Numbered from the stretch's first letter, positions 1-9,727 are shown. The stretch: DNA of 22,117 nucleotides from Bdellovibrionota bacterium FG-2 (GCA_051382305.1 JBBCAV010000108.1:1-22117); one strand, 5' to 3'. Program-made: numbers and translations. Notes: generated from the sequence alone by a model not told the origin.

Positions 1-91
1 GTTAGCTTGCAACCATATTTGCAACGTGGTTGCGATTGAACATTTGAAAACAGAAAATTCACACAAAAACATGTCAACACTTTTTTTATTT

Positions 92-538
92 TTATGAAAA
101 TAAATTAGACGGCTGGCCAATTACAAAACTCTTAACCAAGTCGATATAAAGCCGCAATAAAATCGGCTGACATCCAAAAAAACCACCCGCAACCCCAGCA
201 CAGGGGTTGCCCCCATCGTTCGCCTTATACTGATCCGAAACCTTCACCCCGGATCGCGCGCCCAAAAAAGCAGCGCTAGCTTGAGTATATGCCAAAGAAG
301 CCGGCGCCAGGCCCGCATTCAAAGCCGTAACATTTTCTACAAGCGCAGCAGTCGCGGCAACAGGCGAAGCGGACGGCGATGGTGATGGTGATGGTGATGG
401 CGAAGCGGACGCCGCCGGATCAGGCACCGCCACAGTCTTGGAGCAACCATTGACTGCTCCAAGACTCACCACACACACCAAAGCCGCAAACGCGGCGATC
501 TTTCCTTTTAGCCAAACATTATTATTTTGCATGCGCAT
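92..538 (-). CDS. Hypothetical lipoprotein with Ser/Pro-rich linker, possibly 3'-truncated
   Basis: Signal peptide with lipobox-like 'LGAVNG-C', then an (SP)n linker and a Cys-containing region (NPCAGVAGGFFGCQPILL). SD-like AAGGGAG upstream. The ORF ends just as the sequence turns abruptly AT-rich. Confidence 0.7.
   Translation of the reverse strand: MRMQNNNVWLKGKIAAFAALVCVVSLGAVNGCSKTVAVPDPAASASPSPSPSPSPSASPVAATAALVENVTALNAGLAPASLAYTQASAAFLGARSGVKVSDQYKANDGGNPCAGVAGGFFGCQPILLRLYIDLVKSFVIGQPSNLFS
363..411. repeat. Intragenic tandem repeat (GATGGT)x3 + GATGGC flanked by 13-bp direct repeats GGCGAAGCGGACG
   Basis: Read directly: GGCGAAGCGGACG at 363-375 and 399-411; hexamers at 378-401. Encodes ASASPSPSPSPSPSASP. 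Confidence 0.85.
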
Positions 539-626
539 TTCCTCATCTCCCTTTTCATGAATTCATAATAGTTTAGATCAATAGATCAATAGAAAGAGTC
601 TAAGCCCTACTCGTCAACGCCGTCAA

Positions 627-1640
627 CTAAACTTGCTTTGCCCATCCCCCAATCGTCTGCGCCCAAATGTCTGAGGAATTCAGGCAAGGAACAAGCCTAA
701 ATTCCTCACCGCCCGCGCTCAAGAATATCTCGCGCCCTCGCATCCCAATCTCTTCAAGCGTCTCCAAACAATCCGTCGTAAACGAAGGGCACATGACGGC
801 TAACCGCCGAACGCCTTTACCTGGCAATTGCTGCAAAACAGCATGGGTCGCAGGCCCAAGCCATTTTGCCCGACCGACCCTTGATTGAAAAGACACACTC
901 ACTTTGTCTTCAGCCATTCCCAAGACCTGGGTCAAGGCCCCCGCTGTCGCAAAGCACTGCGCGCGATAGCAGCTTCGGATATGCGAACCTAAACTTTGGC
1001 AACATCCCTCTTTTAAGCAAACCTTAGGATGCTCCCGCAAGATCTGTCTCTCGGGCAAGCCATGAAAACTCAGCAGCAAGTGATCAAACACCACGCCAGC
1101 AGTCGCCCGCCGAAACTCTTGTGCGCTCGCTTCAATAAATCCAGGATCATTATAGAAATTCCATTTAAAATCCCACTGAAGTTTTCCTTCGAACTTCTTG
1201 GTCTTCATCACTCGCGCTATGGCCTGATGTACCGAGCCCGTCGTCGCTTGCGCAAACTGTGGAAAAAGTGGAATCACCCTCACCTCTTCCACACCCTTGC
1301 GCTGAAGCGCATCCAGTGCAGAAGCTAAAGATGGATTCCCAATGCCCATACCGACTTCTACGGCAAACTGCTCACCCAAGAGAGCCTGAACTTTCGCCGC
1401 CAAATCTTGCGCATGATAAAGCAAAGGAGAACCCCGCTCGCTCCAGATCAACGAATAGGCATGAGCCGATTGTTTGGGGCGCGTCCGTAAAATAATTCCA
1501 TGAACCAAGAGCCACCGCCACACAACCGGAATATCCACGACATTGCCGTCCATCAAGAACTCGGCCAAATAACGCCGAACTTCCCGGGATGTGGGCGCAT
1601 CAGGGGTTCCCACATTGACGAGCAAGACCCCCTTTTTCAT
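627..1640 (-). CDS. hemH: Ferrochelatase
   Basis: Motifs LLVNVGTP, YLAEFLMD, SFHGLP, SFQSR, FTTDCLETLEEI, VPCLN; 337 aa. Confidence 0.97.
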   Translation of the reverse strand: MKKGVLLVNVGTPDAPTSREVRRYLAEFLMDGNVVDIPVVWRWLLVHGIILRTRPKQSAHAYSLIWSERGSPLLYHAQDLAAKVQALLGEQFAVEVGMGIGNPSLASALDALQRKGVEEVRVIPLFPQFAQATTGSVHQAIARVMKTKKFEGKLQWDFKWNFYNDPGFIEASAQEFRRATAGVVFDHLLLSFHGLPERQILREHPKVCLKEGCCQSLGSHIRSCYRAQCFATAGALTQVLGMAEDKVSVSFQSRVGRAKWLGPATHAVLQQLPGKGVRRLAVMCPSFTTDCLETLEEIGMRGREIFLSAGGEEFRLVPCLNSSDIWAQTIGGWAKQV

Positions 1641-2233
1641 GCGGGAATTGCCTCATACTTGACTGCCAATACTTCAAGTTCCACAAGTTCCGACTCCCCC
1701 GGGAGTGCACGTGGCGATTGAAAACTAACCACGTCTCCCACTCGAGCGCCCAACAATGCGCGCGCCACAGGCGAGCGCCAACTAATATGCCCCCGCTTAG
1801 GATCAATCTCATCGACCCCCACGATACTGTAGGTGCGCTCGCCCCCTTCTTCATCTTCGATCTTTACGGTCGCCCCAAAGAGAATCCGGTCCGACTTTTG
1901 TGTTGCCGGATCAATGACCTCAGCGCATTCTAGCCGTTTAGTCAAAAAGCGAATGCGGCGATCCACTTCTCGCATTCTTCGCTTGCCGTAAATATAGTCT
2001 CCATTTTCCGAGCGATCCCCGTTTGAAGCGGCCCAAGCCACCACCCGCACGAGTTCGGGGCGTTCTTCATAAAGCAATTTTTTGAGCTCGGCCTTTAATC
2101 TTTCCGCACCGCCCGTCGTGATATAGTTTTTCACACCCGTGGGTAGAAGTCTCTCTTGTGCGCCGTCTTCATTCTCGGCAGCACCGTCTTCACCCTCGCT
2201 CGTGTCATCTTCTTTGGTAAAGGCTTTACTCAT
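1637..2233 (-). CDS. greB: Transcription elongation factor GreB
   Basis: NYIT..G, WAASNGDRSENGDYIYGKRRMREVDRRIRFL, FGATV, IVGVDE, ISWRSPVARALLG. 4-nt overlap with the hemH start. Confidence 0.95.
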   Translation of the reverse strand: MSKAFTKEDDTSEGEDGAAENEDGAQERLLPTGVKNYITTGGAERLKAELKKLLYEERPELVRVVAWAASNGDRSENGDYIYGKRRMREVDRRIRFLTKRLECAEVIDPATQKSDRILFGATVKIEDEEGGERTYSIVGVDEIDPKRGHISWRSPVARALLGARVGDVVSFQSPRALPGESELVELEVLAVKYEAIPA

Positions 2234-2261
2234 TTAATCCCCCGCCGACTAGGCCGTGTCT

Positions 2262-3593
2262 TTAAGCCGTTTCCTGACCGACGTCGAGATAGACCTCTTT
2301 AGTGTCGTCGTTGTAACCAAAATATTCAGCAAATCGTCCCCAAGAAACCAGGGCTTCGACGATCTGGTGCGGGTTTTCATTGGGTAGCCACTCGCCCACT
2401 CGCTCGGTGAGCGACTCAACTGGCATACGAAGGCTTGCGTCTTTACGCAGAAGATTGGAGGTCATTTGTACAATTCGCAGCGCCCCAAACAAGTCATGCA
2501 GCATGCGTTTTCTCACGTTGATATCCCCCACCACAAAAGCGCGGCCCAATTCTGTAAGCACCACCGTCTGCCTGGGCGTATCGACCAGATCCAAAAGTTC
2601 AGCGGCCTTGACTAGATACAAAGTGCGACCGAACTCCTTGCCAATTTGCTGGCCTAACTCAAAAATATCGGCCGTCCCACCTTGATCGCCAATCGCCTCG
2701 ATCAAGCCGATCATTTCGACGATCTGGACATTCGGCAAGGATTCAAGCGGTGGTTCTTTGTATTGACCGCGTGTGAGACTCGAAACTCCGACACCCGCAA
2801 TCGGCACATCAGGCATCAAGGTTTCGGTAATTAAGGCATGAATTTGCGCGACCATCCTTCGAAAGGCCGGGGAATCCTCATCCCGAGGATAGGGCAGATC
2901 ATTGACGATCTCGCGCCTGATGTGCCCCGGATTCATGCCCATCACAAGCACTCGCTTCGCCATAAATACCGCTTCTTGAATATTATGAGTCACGAGCACC
3001 ATGGAGCGCGTGGCGGTCTTTTTATCCATGAAAATTTTGACTATTTCAGAACGAAGCGTATCGGCCGTTAGGACGTCAAGCGCACTAAAGGGTTCATCCA
3101 AAAAAACCACGGGTCGCTCCATCACCAAAGCTCGGGCGATCCCCACTCGTTGTTTCATGCCTCCCGATAACTCTCGCGGATAGGCTTCTTCAAACCCTTC
3201 AAGACCTACAATGTCGATGACTTTTTTCACGCGCGTTCGAACTTCTGATTGGGACAATTTCAGTGGTTTTAGGGCCAAAGCGATATTCGTAAAAACCGTC
3301 TCCCACGGGAAAAGGGCAAAAGATTGAAACACAAACGAAACATCAAAATCCGTCCCCTGCAGGGGTTTTTGGCGCGCCAGCACTTCTCCACTGCTTGGCG
3401 CAATCAACCCACTCATAATTCTCAAACATGTGGACTTCCCCGATCCCGAAGGTCCCAGCAGGGCCACCATTTCGTCTTGATAAACCGAAACGTTAACGCC
3501 ATCCAAAACCTTGATCTCGGTCCCCGACTCCAGCGTAAAAACTTTCGAGACGTTACGAAGTTCGCAAAAAGGAGCACCGCGAGTTGTTTCCAT
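2262..3593 (-). CDS. ABC transporter ATP-binding protein, NitT/TauT-like, with C-terminal AAA-associated extension
   Basis: Walker A GPSGSGKST, signature LSGGMKQR, Walker B VFLDEPF, H-loop VTH, plus a ~170-aa C-terminal extension (AAELLDLV..., LVSWGRFAEYFGY). Confidence 0.92.
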   Translation of the reverse strand: METTRGAPFCELRNVSKVFTLESGTEIKVLDGVNVSVYQDEMVALLGPSGSGKSTCLRIMSGLIAPSSGEVLARQKPLQGTDFDVSFVFQSFALFPWETVFTNIALALKPLKLSQSEVRTRVKKVIDIVGLEGFEEAYPRELSGGMKQRVGIARALVMERPVVFLDEPFSALDVLTADTLRSEIVKIFMDKKTATRSMVLVTHNIQEAVFMAKRVLVMGMNPGHIRREIVNDLPYPRDEDSPAFRRMVAQIHALITETLMPDVPIAGVGVSSLTRGQYKEPPLESLPNVQIVEMIGLIEAIGDQGGTADIFELGQQIGKEFGRTLYLVKAAELLDLVDTPRQTVVLTELGRAFVVGDINVRKRMLHDLFGALRIVQMTSNLLRKDASLRMPVESLTERVGEWLPNENPHQIVEALVSWGRFAEYFGYNDDTKEVYLDVGQETA

Positions 3594-3621
3594 TGCCTAG
3601 CCTTCTTTCTTACCTTTTGGC

Positions 3622-5385
3622 CTATCCATCCATTCGAAAGCGAACCTGAGCCGAGCGATAAAGCTTCGCCCAAACAGTCCGGTTTAGAGTTACTACCACA
3701 ACCACCATTACCGAAAGACTTGCCGCCAACAGCGGCAGATCTTTACTCTCCGCCGCCTGACTAATCGTCGAGCCCAAACCCGGTGTCCGAAGTTTGATCG
3801 CGCCGTAGGAGACGACCTCGGCCACGATGCTTGCGTTCCAGGCTCCGCCCGCAGCCGTCACCCAGCCCGTGACGAGTGCAGGAAAAACGCTGGGAAGATA
3901 CAAATATTTCCAACGATCCCGACTCGAAGTATCCATCAACGATAACGCATCACTTAATTCACGAGGAATTCGAAGCGACCCCGCCAGCACATTAAAAAGC
4001 ACATACCACTGCACGCCCAACATCATGAGAAACATTGAGCCCCAGTCAAAATTGATTCCCAACGTACTCATCAAGGCCAACGCAAGCGGATAAAGCATGG
4101 GGGCGGGAAAAGAGGCACAAACCTGAATAATCGGCTGCGCGATCCTCACACGCCGTGGTGAAATCCCTACCCAAATGCCAAAGGGAACGGCCCACAGGGT
4201 ACTCATCGCAAGCGCGCCGATCACGCGAATCAAAGACCAAATGGTATTGCGGATCAATACAACCCAGGTCGTGAGGTGAATCTCGGCCAACACTCGAAAC
4301 AACTTCACCGAACCCCAAACGACAACCGCCGCCGCCAAAGCCGGAAGAAAAAACTCAAGAAATCGTCTCAAAGCAAACGTTTTGAGCACCTTCCCCGTTT
4401 TCACCACGAGCACGCGATGTCCCAAGGTGACCCGAAGACGCAAGCCCTCCTCTTCGGTGTTTTCCAAATCCAAATCCGCCAAACGACGCGAAGCGTTTCT
4501 CTGATAAAGCAACTTGAGCCAGCGGACAATTCGAGACTCGCGCATAATGAGCCTCATCAGGGGCTCCGGAGGCGCCACCCCCGGAACATCCTCGAGACGA
4601 TATTTTTGTACCCAGGCCAACACCGGACGCCAAAAAAATATATCCATCGTGATGATAAGAGTCACCATCGCCATAACACCTAAAGCCATCGCCAAGGTAT
4701 TGCCTTCGGAGACCGCTTTAGCCATGTACGAACCGATCCCAGGCAAACGAAAATCACGATCGCCCAGAGTAAAGGCCTCGCAGACGCTCAAAAAAAACCA
4801 GCCCCCGGCCATCGACATCAAGCTGTTCCAGGCAAGATTTACGGCCGAAAACGGCAATTCAAGCTTCAGCAAACGCTGCCGCCAACTCAAACTCATTACG
4901 GTGGAAGCCTCAATAAAATCAGAAGGGACCGACTTCAACGAGGAATAAAAACTAAACGTCATATTCCAAGCTTGCCCCGTAAAAATCATCAAAATCGCCG
5001 CGATCTCTAGCCCCGTATTGGTCCGCGGAAAAATGGCGATCAACCCGAGCACAAGCCCCGGCAAGAAACCCAACACCGGAATACTCTGCAAAATATCCAG
5101 CATCGGAATCAAAATGCGCTCCGCCGTCTTAGACTTCGCAGCCGTGTACCCGTAGACAAGGGAAAAAATGAGCGAAATGCCATAAGCCACGCCCCCTCGA
5201 ACCGCCGACAAGAGCGTATAATAGGGAAGCATCCAGCCGGACAAACTGATCTCGGTTACCGGCTGAAAATCCGCGTTCCATTCTCGACTCAGTGCGATCA
5301 CGCCATAGATAATCGTCGCAAGCAGAAGCAACACGGGAATATCCGCAAATGAAAATAAGCGCTGTGAAACAGGAACGCGTCGCAT
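3622..5385 (-). CDS. ABC transporter permease with two fused BPD_transp_1 domains (anion-transporter-like)
   Basis: Highly hydrophobic; LDILQSIPVLGFL, FTGQAWNM, WNSLMSMAGGWFFL, LPGIGSY, GGAWNASIVAE. Start placed at ATG 5385 (MRRVPV); the ORF track extends to 5466. Confidence 0.92.
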   Translation of the reverse strand: MRRVPVSQRLFSFADIPVLLLLATIIYGVIALSREWNADFQPVTEISLSGWMLPYYTLLSAVRGGVAYGISLIFSLVYGYTAAKSKTAERILIPMLDILQSIPVLGFLPGLVLGLIAIFPRTNTGLEIAAILMIFTGQAWNMTFSFYSSLKSVPSDFIEASTVMSLSWRQRLLKLELPFSAVNLAWNSLMSMAGGWFFLSVCEAFTLGDRDFRLPGIGSYMAKAVSEGNTLAMALGVMAMVTLIITMDIFFWRPVLAWVQKYRLEDVPGVAPPEPLMRLIMRESRIVRWLKLLYQRNASRRLADLDLENTEEEGLRLRVTLGHRVLVVKTGKVLKTFALRRFLEFFLPALAAAVVVWGSVKLFRVLAEIHLTTWVVLIRNTIWSLIRVIGALAMSTLWAVPFGIWVGISPRRVRIAQPIIQVCASFPAPMLYPLALALMSTLGINFDWGSMFLMMLGVQWYVLFNVLAGSLRIPRELSDALSLMDTSSRDRWKYLYLPSVFPALVTGWVTAAGGAWNASIVAEVVSYGAIKLRTPGLGSTISQAAESKDLPLLAASLSVMVVVVVTLNRTVWAKLYRSAQVRFRMDG

Positions 5386-5509
5386 AGGCTGGAGTCTAAT
5401 CCAGACCCGGATAGTTTCCAAGCGGCGTTTCCGAAGACGCATCCTCAAGCGGCAACTGCGCTTCAAAAAATTACTGGCACAAGACTAGGGATTGCACAAG
5501 AATGAGGGC

Positions 5510-6751
5510 ATGAGTTCCTCTTCGTTTCGCGCGCTCAAGAACTACAACTACCGTGCCTATTTCCTGGGCCAACTCGCCTCAAACATGGGGAGCTGGACGC
5601 AATCCCTCGTGCTAGGCTGGGTCGTCTATCGCATCAGTGGCTCTGCGGCCTGGCTGGGACTCATTTCGTTTGCTTCTCAGATGACCGCTTTCACACTCTC
5701 ACCCTTTGCGGGCGTCATGGCCGACACCTGGCCCCGGCGAAGAGCTCTGTTTTGGATTGAGGCCGCAGGAATCCTGCAAGCCACCTCCTTGGCCGCCCTC
5801 ACCTACTTTGGGTTACTTAGACTTGATTTCCTCATGATCTCGGGCGTGCTCTTAGGCGCAATTCAAGCCTTTCAGCTCCCTTTTCGTCACGCACTAGCCT
5901 TAGATATGGTTGGACGTGCTGATCTACCCAGCGCCATCGCGCTAAATTCTTTGGTCGTAAACGGTTCGCGCGTTTTGGGTCCCGCACTCGCTGCCGTACT
6001 CTTAGGTCCGCTGGGTGAAGCCGGCTGTTTTATGTTTAACGCGATCAGCACGATTGCGATCTTGGTTGGACTTGCCGTGATCAAACTTCCGGAAAAAACC
6101 GCCGCACTATCGCACTTGTCCTTGCGCTCCTTCTTCAAGCAGTTCATCGAAACCCAAACCTGCCTTAAACAAACCCCCGGAGTTCCGTTGCTTCTCTTCG
6201 TCGCCACCTTTTTTAGCTTCGTGGGTTTCCCCTTTACTGTGGTTTTTCCCGTGATTGCCAAAGTCGTCTTAGGAGGAGGGATTCACACCCTGGTTTGGCT
6301 CACCTCCGCGAATGGAGTTGGAGCAGTGGTCGGTGCCCTAACGATGGGCCGAATGGGGCCCAGCGCCGAAAAGAAAACCGAGCGCGTACTGTTTCGAAAC
6401 ATTTTTCTTCTCGGCGTCGCTCTCGGGGTCCTCAGTATCTCAAAAGTGCTATGGCTAACAGTCCCCGCCACTTTTCTTGTCGGGTATTCTATGATGGGCT
6501 CGTTTCCTCGCATCAACAACGCTATTCAAAACCGCACTCCCGACGCACTTCGTGGCCGAATTTTGAGCGCCTACACCATGACCTTCTTGGGCGCTATGCC
6601 GCTGGGCAGCTTAGGAGTGGGTTGGCTTGTCGACCATTTTGGGGTTGCCCCGATAGCAGCCATGTCTAGTTTCATATGCATCGCGCTGGCGAGCACGTTG
6701 ATTTATCTTTATTCAAAACGACAGCCTGGAGTACAAACTCAATATGGCTAA
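5510..6751 (+). CDS. MFS transporter (MFS_3/DUF894-like efflux type)
   Basis: FRALKNYNYRAYFLGQ..S..G.W, GVMADTWPRRR, AIALNS...N.SR.LGPA, PDALRGR, about 12 hydrophobic segments. ATG 5510 follows GAGG; the ORF track starts at 5492. Confidence 0.92.
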   Translation: MSSSSFRALKNYNYRAYFLGQLASNMGSWTQSLVLGWVVYRISGSAAWLGLISFASQMTAFTLSPFAGVMADTWPRRRALFWIEAAGILQATSLAALTYFGLLRLDFLMISGVLLGAIQAFQLPFRHALALDMVGRADLPSAIALNSLVVNGSRVLGPALAAVLLGPLGEAGCFMFNAISTIAILVGLAVIKLPEKTAALSHLSLRSFFKQFIETQTCLKQTPGVPLLLFVATFFSFVGFPFTVVFPVIAKVVLGGGIHTLVWLTSANGVGAVVGALTMGRMGPSAEKKTERVLFRNIFLLGVALGVLSISKVLWLTVPATFLVGYSMMGSFPRINNAIQNRTPDALRGRILSAYTMTFLGAMPLGSLGVGWLVDHFGVAPIAAMSSFICIALASTLIYLYSKRQPGVQTQYG

Positions 6752-7742
6752 AACCTATCTCGTTACTGGAGCGGCAGGATTCATTGGCTCTCGCTTTTCG
6801 TGCTCGTGCACAGAACGCGGAATCTCTGTCATCGGCGTTGATCGCCTCACCCATTTTACCTCGCGCCCCGAGCGTCAAATCCCCGATTTTAAGGCACAGT
6901 TTGAAGCGCTAATCGATCGCGATGAAGCCCTCGGCTGGCTTGCGCAGACAAAACCCAAACTCGATGCGATCGTACACATAGGCGCTTGCAGTGATACGAC
7001 TCAGCTTAGCGTGGAGTATCTCACGAAGGTCAACTTACAGTATTCTCAAAAAATGTGGGAATATGCGACAGCCTACAAAATCCCCTTCATTTACGCCAGC
7101 AGTGCCGCCACTTATGGTGACGGTTCTTTGGGCTACGCAGATGTTGAAAGCGAAATCCCCAAACTCAAACCGCTGAACCCTTACGGGCAGTCCAAACAGC
7201 AATTCGATCTTTGGGTTCTAGAAAAAGAACGCCTGGGTCAAACGCCCGCTAGCTGGGCTGGTTTCAAATTCTTCAATGTGTATGGCTTTGGCGAACGCCA
7301 CAAAGGTAAAATGGCGAGCGTCATCCTTCATGCTTTTGACCAGATCCACAACAAAGGCCGCGACGGAGGTCGCGTCACGCTTTTCAAAAGCCATCGTGAG
7401 GGGATTGCAGATGGCGAACAAAAACGCGACTTCATCGCGGTCGAGGACCTGATCCAAGTCCTCCATTTTGCTCTGGAAAAACCGCTGAAACGTGGGATTC
7501 TCAACCTAGGCACGGGCCAAGCCCGCTCCTATCTTGATCTCGTCCGTGCCGTTTTTACGGCGTTAGAGCGAGAGCCTGCCATTGATTTCGTGGACACTCC
7601 CCTAGAAATCCGTGAGCGCTACCAATACTTCACTCAAGCACACATGGAACGATTGAGGAGCGAAGGATTCACGCTCCCCTTTACGCACTTGGAAGACGGC
7701 GTAAAAAACTACTTGAAAACCTTGTGTTTTTTCGCTATTTGA
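6744..7742 (+). CDS. hldD: ADP-L-glycero-D-manno-heptose 6-epimerase
   Basis: VTGAAGFIGS, HIGACSDT, YASSAATYG, PLNPYGQSK (YxxxK), FFNVYG..E.HKG.MAS, RDFI, YQYFTQA. Confidence 0.93.
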   Translation: MAKTYLVTGAAGFIGSRFSCSCTERGISVIGVDRLTHFTSRPERQIPDFKAQFEALIDRDEALGWLAQTKPKLDAIVHIGACSDTTQLSVEYLTKVNLQYSQKMWEYATAYKIPFIYASSAATYGDGSLGYADVESEIPKLKPLNPYGQSKQQFDLWVLEKERLGQTPASWAGFKFFNVYGFGERHKGKMASVILHAFDQIHNKGRDGGRVTLFKSHREGIADGEQKRDFIAVEDLIQVLHFALEKPLKRGILNLGTGQARSYLDLVRAVFTALEREPAIDFVDTPLEIRERYQYFTQAHMERLRSEGFTLPFTHLEDGVKNYLKTLCFFAI

Positions 7743-7812
7743 GACGACGAACCGGAGCAGCATTCCTAAATGTTTAGGGCCTGAAACTCCCGGTGTTGAA
7801 AGGTAGTCCACA

Positions 7813-8103
7813 ATGGCAAATACAAGACAATCCGGCAAACGCGCTCGCGCAGCTGACAAAAGACAAAAAGAGAATCAAGTCCACCGCACCACCAGTCGTA
7901 CGGCTGTAAAACTGGCAATGGACGCAATCAAAACTGGCGACGTCGCGAAGGTAAAAGAAGCTTATCAAAAAGCGATCAGCACTTTGGCCAAGACTGCTTC
8001 AAAAAAAGCGCTCCCCAAAGGTCGCGCGGCTCGTAAAACCAGCCGTCTTACCAAGCTCATTCGCAAAGCACTTCCTCAAGCTTTTAGTCCAAAAAACAGT
8101 TAA
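7813..8103 (+). CDS. rpsT: 30S ribosomal protein S20
   Basis: MAN..S.KR.R, S..RTAVK, AARKTSRL; basic 96 aa; AAGG SD; convergent with holA as is typical. Confidence 0.93.
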   Translation: MANTRQSGKRARAADKRQKENQVHRTTSRTAVKLAMDAIKTGDVAKVKEAYQKAISTLAKTASKKALPKGRAARKTSRLTKLIRKALPQAFSPKNS

Positions 8104-9085
8104 CTAGCGAACTCCAAAGCCCGAGCGGCTGAAGAGGGGTTTGTTTTTGGGAAAAATCAAGACGACTTAGCTCTTCGTTAAGAGCAAGGATTTCGTGTAA
8201 CTTCCAGCGGGGAGCCCATTTCCGAAACCGCTCCGCGGTATAGGGGTTCATTTTAAGTTCTCGACGGAGGCCTGCGTCCTGCGGGCCTCCCGTTGAAAGC
8301 CAGAGCGCAAAATGCCGCACATTCCAACTCAACAATCCCAGAAGCGGCAACGCATCTTCGGGGGACCCAAACAAACCCTCCCCCAAATGTAGGGCTCGTT
8401 TTTTATCCCGTTGAAAAAAAACCTCAATAAACTCATCGCTCTTTGCACCCTTCGTTTCACCAGCGACTGCATAGTCCGAAGGGTTGAGCTGAAATTTTTC
8501 GATTTCCCGCTCAACAACGTCTAAGCTCCAAGGCTCCATTACACACAACGAGGCGCGCAGCGCAGCGCCCAGATCCGCGTCCTTACGTTTGCTCAAATAA
8601 TTCACCCAAGCTTCACGCTCAGCTTCAAGTACCTCTTCGCAAGCAACCACAGCCGCTTTATCAACCAATGTCTTAGTAAATTTGCGACGCCCATCCAATT
8701 CATCGGAGACAAAAACACAGACCCAGGGAGCTTCGTGAACCTTGATTTGCGGCCCCATCAATTCTGCGAGTTCATCAGGCTTCTTCAACAGATGCGCGCT
8801 TTTTACGACAATAAACTGCGCGCCACCGCCTAGGGACATGCTCTGCGCGGCCTCCAGGATTGAAGCTTCGAGAGCCTGAGCTCCATCAAACGTGTGCTCG
8901 GACATTGAGAGGCCCGCCAACAAGCTCGGAGCAGCGCCATCGGCGGGAGTTTTGATGACACAATCCCGTATCCGCTTCAAAAGCTCACGCGATTTCATCT
9001 TCTCGCGCCCCCAAAGCCAGTAAACAGGCCACACCAGATCTTTTTCGAGTTCAGCTCGGATTTGTTTGAGATCAAATTTTGGCAT
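8084..9085 (-). CDS. holA: DNA polymerase III delta subunit
   Basis: PVYWLWGRE, AAQSMSL.G...FIVVK, LDGRRK..K, EREIEK, L..LD...K; 333 aa; lptE-holA-rpsT synteny. Confidence 0.88.
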   Translation of the reverse strand: MPKFDLKQIRAELEKDLVWPVYWLWGREKMKSRELLKRIRDCVIKTPADGAAPSLLAGLSMSEHTFDGAQALEASILEAAQSMSLGGGAQFIVVKSAHLLKKPDELAELMGPQIKVHEAPWVCVFVSDELDGRRKFTKTLVDKAAVVACEEVLEAEREAWVNYLSKRKDADLGAALRASLCVMEPWSLDVVEREIEKFQLNPSDYAVAGETKGAKSDEFIEVFFQRDKKRALHLGEGLFGSPEDALPLLGLLSWNVRHFALWLSTGGPQDAGLRRELKMNPYTAERFRKWAPRWKLHEILALNEELSRLDFSQKQTPLQPLGLWSSLVNCFLD

Positions 9086-9093
9086 GCGATTTC

Positions 9094-9678
9094 CTAAAAC
9101 ATCGTTTCTTGAACGTCAATCATCAGTCCCTGGGCCATTTCAGAGAGCGCCCGATCAAATTCCGTTTCATTCGTGAGCGCGTTAGTCGTACCCGCTACTC
9201 CGCTCCCAGCGGAAGCGGCAAACGAAACTTCTCGAATCAAGGTGGTCCCCCAAATTGGAACCCCTTTTCCGGTGATCGGATTTCTCCGAAAAAGGCCAAA
9301 CGCCACCTGCAGCCTAGCCGTATACTGCGTGGCAGCTTGGTAAGCAAACTTACCAATAGGGACGCTGCGACTAGCAACCGGCCCGAAATCGGCCACGAGT
9401 ACCACCATGTTCAAAATTACATCTGCCTGCTCCTCAGAATGAACCATTTTCAAAATAGCGCTCGAAGAGAACATTTTCACGGCTGCATTAAAGACGACCG
9501 AATCTACTCCAGGTTTGAAAGAGTTGTTGGTCACCGCCGACAGAAAAATTGTCTTAATTTTAGCGTTTTCAACAAACTGACTCCTCGAGGTGCGCAGCGT
9601 ATAGCCACATCCTTGAAGCAAGAACAGAGCAGGCAAAAGCACCATCAAACGGCTGGAAAACCTTAACACGGGAGGCAT
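9094..9678 (-). CDS. lptE: LPS assembly lipoprotein LptE-like
   Basis: Lipobox LLQG-CGY, IKTIFL..V.N.S, ADVIL motif; directly upstream of holA. Confidence 0.8.
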   Translation of the reverse strand: MPPVLRFSSRLMVLLPALFLLQGCGYTLRTSRSQFVENAKIKTIFLSAVTNNSFKPGVDSVVFNAAVKMFSSSAILKMVHSEEQADVILNMVVLVADFGPVASRSVPIGKFAYQAATQYTARLQVAFGLFRRNPITGKGVPIWGTTLIREVSFAASAGSGVAGTTNALTNETEFDRALSEMAQGLMIDVQETMF

Positions 9679-9727
9679 GCTTTTTTTCTACTCAATTCCC
9701 ACCCAATATGGAAGGCTCGAATACGAA

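Noticed and set aside
5386-5466. N-terminal extension of the ABC permease (TTG start at 5466)
   Set aside because: Arg-rich, not protein-like, and it fills the divergent promoter region. ATG 5385 is more plausible.
5474-5497. TGGCAC upstream of the MFS gene (also at ~16147) as a sigma54 site
   Set aside because: No TTGC at the required N5 spacing.
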